A DNA stretch of 64,000 bases, taken from positions 1 to 64,000 of the forward strand of contig JAVECO010000097.1 in NCBI GenBank assembly GCA_051942205.1. Reading direction: 5' to 3'. Shown one piece after another: positions 60,855 through 64,000 of the stretch. The DNA comes from Coniocarpon cinnabarinum. Its lineage: Eukaryota. Made by a program: the position numbers and the translations under genes. Under the pieces are notes generated by a model, which did no database searches, was not told the DNA's origin, and saw only the letters and a program-made list of their open reading frames with translations. Positions within the stretch are counted from its first letter, which is position 1; every line of letters begins with the position of its first letter.

Positions 60855-62762
60855 ATGGAGCAGCAAGTCATCTATCTTTCTGGACCGCTACGAGGAGAGA
60901 GAAACGTCTCCTGGACGACCTCAAGGTGCAACAGACTTCTGAGGCCATTGATCAGCAAAACCTCGGCACTCGCCAGGGCGAAGGCTAAGAGTATTACCTC
61001 GACGACGTCTGATTGCGATCTTGAGTCGTCGTCTTGCTCGTCCCAGGAGCCTGGCCAACTCCCGCAGCTGTCGGACCGCGATGTATTTAGGAAGGCGAGC
61101 AGGGTGAAGCGGACTTATGCCGGTCGTTGCGCAAGACGGGCGCTTCGTGCTAGTGGTGCAAAAGAGCCGTCGCCACCTTCGTCTGCACATGATTATGCAG
61201 GCGCGCCGGATCGGTGCTCCGCTCGGACGGGAAACGAGGTTCTGTCTTGGGCCAGCTCAGTGTGTGCATATGGCTTAGCCTCTCTGAGCCAGCGTGAGAG
61301 TCGCGCCAAAGGAGGCATCTGCGAGGCTTTCTCCAACATCATTGACGCGACAAAGGCCCCGCCGTCTGTGCCCTGTCACGACAAGTCACTGTTCGCCACG
61401 TGCCTCCGCAAACTTCCAGAAGTCGTTGAGTACGAGCAAGCTCGGAGACTTGAAGAGGACCCGGATGACGAGAGCGATGTGCGTGGTGAAATTTGGGGTT
61501 CTTTGGAGGAGGAGTTTGTATCGGCGAGCAAGCATGGCTGGCCTCATATGCAACTTGTGTTACGGTCGCATGGCGTTCATGTCGTTAAACGTTCTATTGA
61601 GCAAGGAGTTCTTGAACCAACTGATGTTTACGAGATTGATCAGGTATGTTTTTTCGAGGCGAGTCGCATCGTCTCGACCGTCACCAACATCTCTGACCTG
61701 GCTGTAAATGGCCTACCCAGCATTCAGCCTTCACTGAGAGTCACTATGGCTGCTGCATGATACGTGAGTGTTGTCGATATGCAATGGCTTTGGAAGAATT
61801 GAGCAAGCTGGCTTGTTTACGCCTTTGCATACTCTGTCTGAATACCTTGTCTCCAGCAACGAACTTCCGAGCAGATTCACGGGCTACTGCGGAATGCTAT
61901 TACTTTGGTCCAGGGAGACAGAAAATATACTGACGCGCAACGACAGGCTCTTGTGCATCGCGGCGACCACAACACACGCACGGTATTCTTCCACGCCTGG
62001 ATGAACTCGCATCAAGGCAAAGACCTCATGCACGCCTGGGTAGGCCCCTCGACAGCCGACTGCATCATCAGGAATAGTGCATGGCTCTTCACTCCAACGA
62101 TACCGGCATTACCCATCCCCTCCGAGGCCGCCGCAGACAACTTCCAAAGCCTCGAATCACCCCTTCAAAACCCCGAGTCTGCCGACGGCACACGCCACAG
62201 CCTTACCCAAGTCTCACTCAGAACAACACTAGTCATGGCCGCCATTATAATCCAGCACCGTTTCCCCGGTATGGGATCACGCATGATTCAATCGCTGTGC
62301 GAATGCTTTATTAAATGCGGTGAGGAGAGCGCGATTCCCTGGGCTCATGACATGGCGCTCAGCTTTGCGCGGATGCAACCGGATGCGGCACATGAGGTGT
62401 ATGCGCGCAAATTGGAGCAGCGAGTCGCGCATCGACGGTTGGCGAAGGAAGCATGTCAAGAGTCGACGACGTTGAAATGGGATAGTGGGATTTGTGAGTG
62501 GCTTGATGGGACGCCTTTGGCTAAACAATCGAGTGGACTACAGGTCCACGCTACGCAGCTGCTCGAGGACACAGCGCCAGTTGTTGACCCTGTGACGCCG
62601 TGCAAGCGGGGTGCCAATGTGGCGGGCTTGGACGGCGCTGATGACATAGCTAGCGACGATGAAGATGAGTTGAATAGGCCGCAGTCTGGGACGCGTGGGA
62701 TGGGTGAGGTGGTGAATGCGAGGTGGTATGGGTGGAAGACTTCAAAACGGCGGCCACGGTGA
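60855..62762 (+). CDS. Conserved-looking fungal hypothetical protein; exon structure uncertain
   Basis: Two ORFs (WTTSRCNRLLRPL, SLFATCLRKLP, GWPHMQLVLRSHG; KWDSGICEW) can be joined in phase by an intron 61644-61856 (GTATGT..CAG). Confidence 0.6.
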
Positions 62763-63546
62763 TGTACAAAGAGTTGGATATTGGATACCCGTATTGCATT
62801 GGCGAGCGCTTGCCATTTCTTGGACTTGAGGATCGGTAGCGCGTGACAGACGAGTTCATTACAGCTTTCCTGCATGAAAAGTGCTGTAATTACGTCTTGG
62901 CCGCCTTACTGTGTGATCATGCCCAGCGTTGAAGTGAATAACATCGCCACGTATAGACGTCGCCGGAGAGTGATCTCCCCAGTGCTGCATCATGGCGTGC
63001 GGCCCTCTCGACATAAAGACATGACACTGGTCCTTACAACTACCTCCTCGCGATTCCGAAGCGCTGTTCATTCAGCACTACGGCAAGCATTCACGTTTTG
63101 CTTTATCAGTGGCTGGGAACATGACATAAGGACGACGAAAACTGACGTGTTGAGGGTTGCGAACAGAAGTCGGGGCCGAATTGGCGGCAAGCGTTGGAGT
63201 GTAGTGCGGTGAGTACTTTCCTTCAAGGGCCTTCTGGCATTCTCGAGGGTCTGATGCGCTCAACTTTCTGTTGTGCAGTTTGGGTTGTGTTTACCGCATT
63301 GTGTAGACTGGCCGCATGTGGAGGTACAAGTGCTGAAGCAGGGTCCGCATCACGCATGACAGAGTGCATAGCAAGGAGGCAAACAGGGCGTCAGATTCAA
63401 AAGGAAATGGGGATTAGATATACCTAAGATTGGTGCAGATGCGGTTTCCACTCGCATCGTGACTAAAACCAGCATATGGCTTAGTTCACCGGAGCCAAGG
63501 TTCCAATGGGCCCCTCATTTGTGACCTGGCTCGAGCAGCGAGACAG

Positions 63547-64000
63547 TCAGGTCTTCAGGATTTCAGGAAAATCCGCGCCCTCGGTGTATTTTTGCTTCGG
63601 CACGTAATCGATGCCATGCAACTCGTAGAAACTGCACGTATCAGGCTTGGAGCACTTGCCTAGGGCTTTCGTCAGCACAGTCTTCCTGTTCTGCTTCAGT
63701 GTATAGAAGTAGCTTTTTTCTTGAGACGCACCTTCTCTGTCGCCAAAGGGGCAATTGTGTCCCAAGTAGCAGTCAAAGTCATCGCATTGCGAGCCCTTGG
63801 GACAGAGCGTGGTCCGGACGCGATGCCTAAATGCGAGCCTCTCACCCTCTGAGATGGGCGGGTCGTGGGAATATTGGCATGCTGAGCCATTATAGCAGTT
63901 TCCCCGCAGATGATAGTTGTTACAAAGTTTGCCAGTGGCGGCGACGCGTGATTTAAATTTGCCGTCTTGAACTGAGTCGGCTCTTGGTATGATCTGGAAG
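63547..64000 (-). CDS. Tandem CCCH zinc-finger protein, 5' part outside window
   Basis: Open frame from the window edge: LCNNYHLRGNCYNGSACQYSH (C-x8-C-x5-C-x3-H), then CPKGSQCDDFDCYLGH. Stop at 63547. Confidence 0.85.
   Translation of the reverse strand, partial: FQIIPRADSVQDGKFKSRVAATGKLCNNYHLRGNCYNGSACQYSHDPPISEGERLAFRHRVRTTLCPKGSQCDDFDCYLGHNCPFGDREGASQEKSYFYTLKQNRKTVLTKALGKCSKPDTCSFYELHGIDYVPKQKYTEGADFPEILKT

Noticed and set aside
1..64000. CRISPR array, rRNA, autonomous transposase or secondary-metabolite cluster
   Set aside because: No repeat-spacer array, rRNA sequence, transposase/RT ORF or PKS/NRPS seen. The PPTase and SDR sit among housekeeping genes.

Overview
Eukaryotic genomic DNA from a filamentous ascomycete (Pezizomycotina-type short GT..AG introns with CTRAC branch points, and RIP-like TpA-rich relics). 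It is mostly a gene-dense housekeeping block: GH43 arabinanase, PFF1-type M28 protease, BAG protein, SEC39, RPL16, STM1, bZIP, arrestin, SDR, Sfp-type PPTase, PDX2, CBC2, NUP82, TALE homeobox, SLC1, DFG10, a P-loop ATPase, CLU1, CDC27 and a CCCH-finger gene. Two accessory-looking stretches interrupt it, at about 0.5-5 kb and about 39.4-50.3 kb. The notable signals are: (1) two paralogous, structured, tRNA-promoter-bearing (A box/B box/oligo-T) but non-cloverleaf RNA units at 49.35 and 50.08 kb with covarying stems; (2) a divergently transcribed pair made of an intron-containing AbiEii/DUF1814-like nucleotidyltransferase and a collinear but catalytically degenerate NTase-fold partner; (3) a RIP-eroded hAT-type MITE with a perfect 8-bp TSD inserted into a local TCACGTGA-containing repeat; (4) a second MITE-like element with 19-bp TIRs. 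All family assignments come from motif recognition by eye, not database searches.
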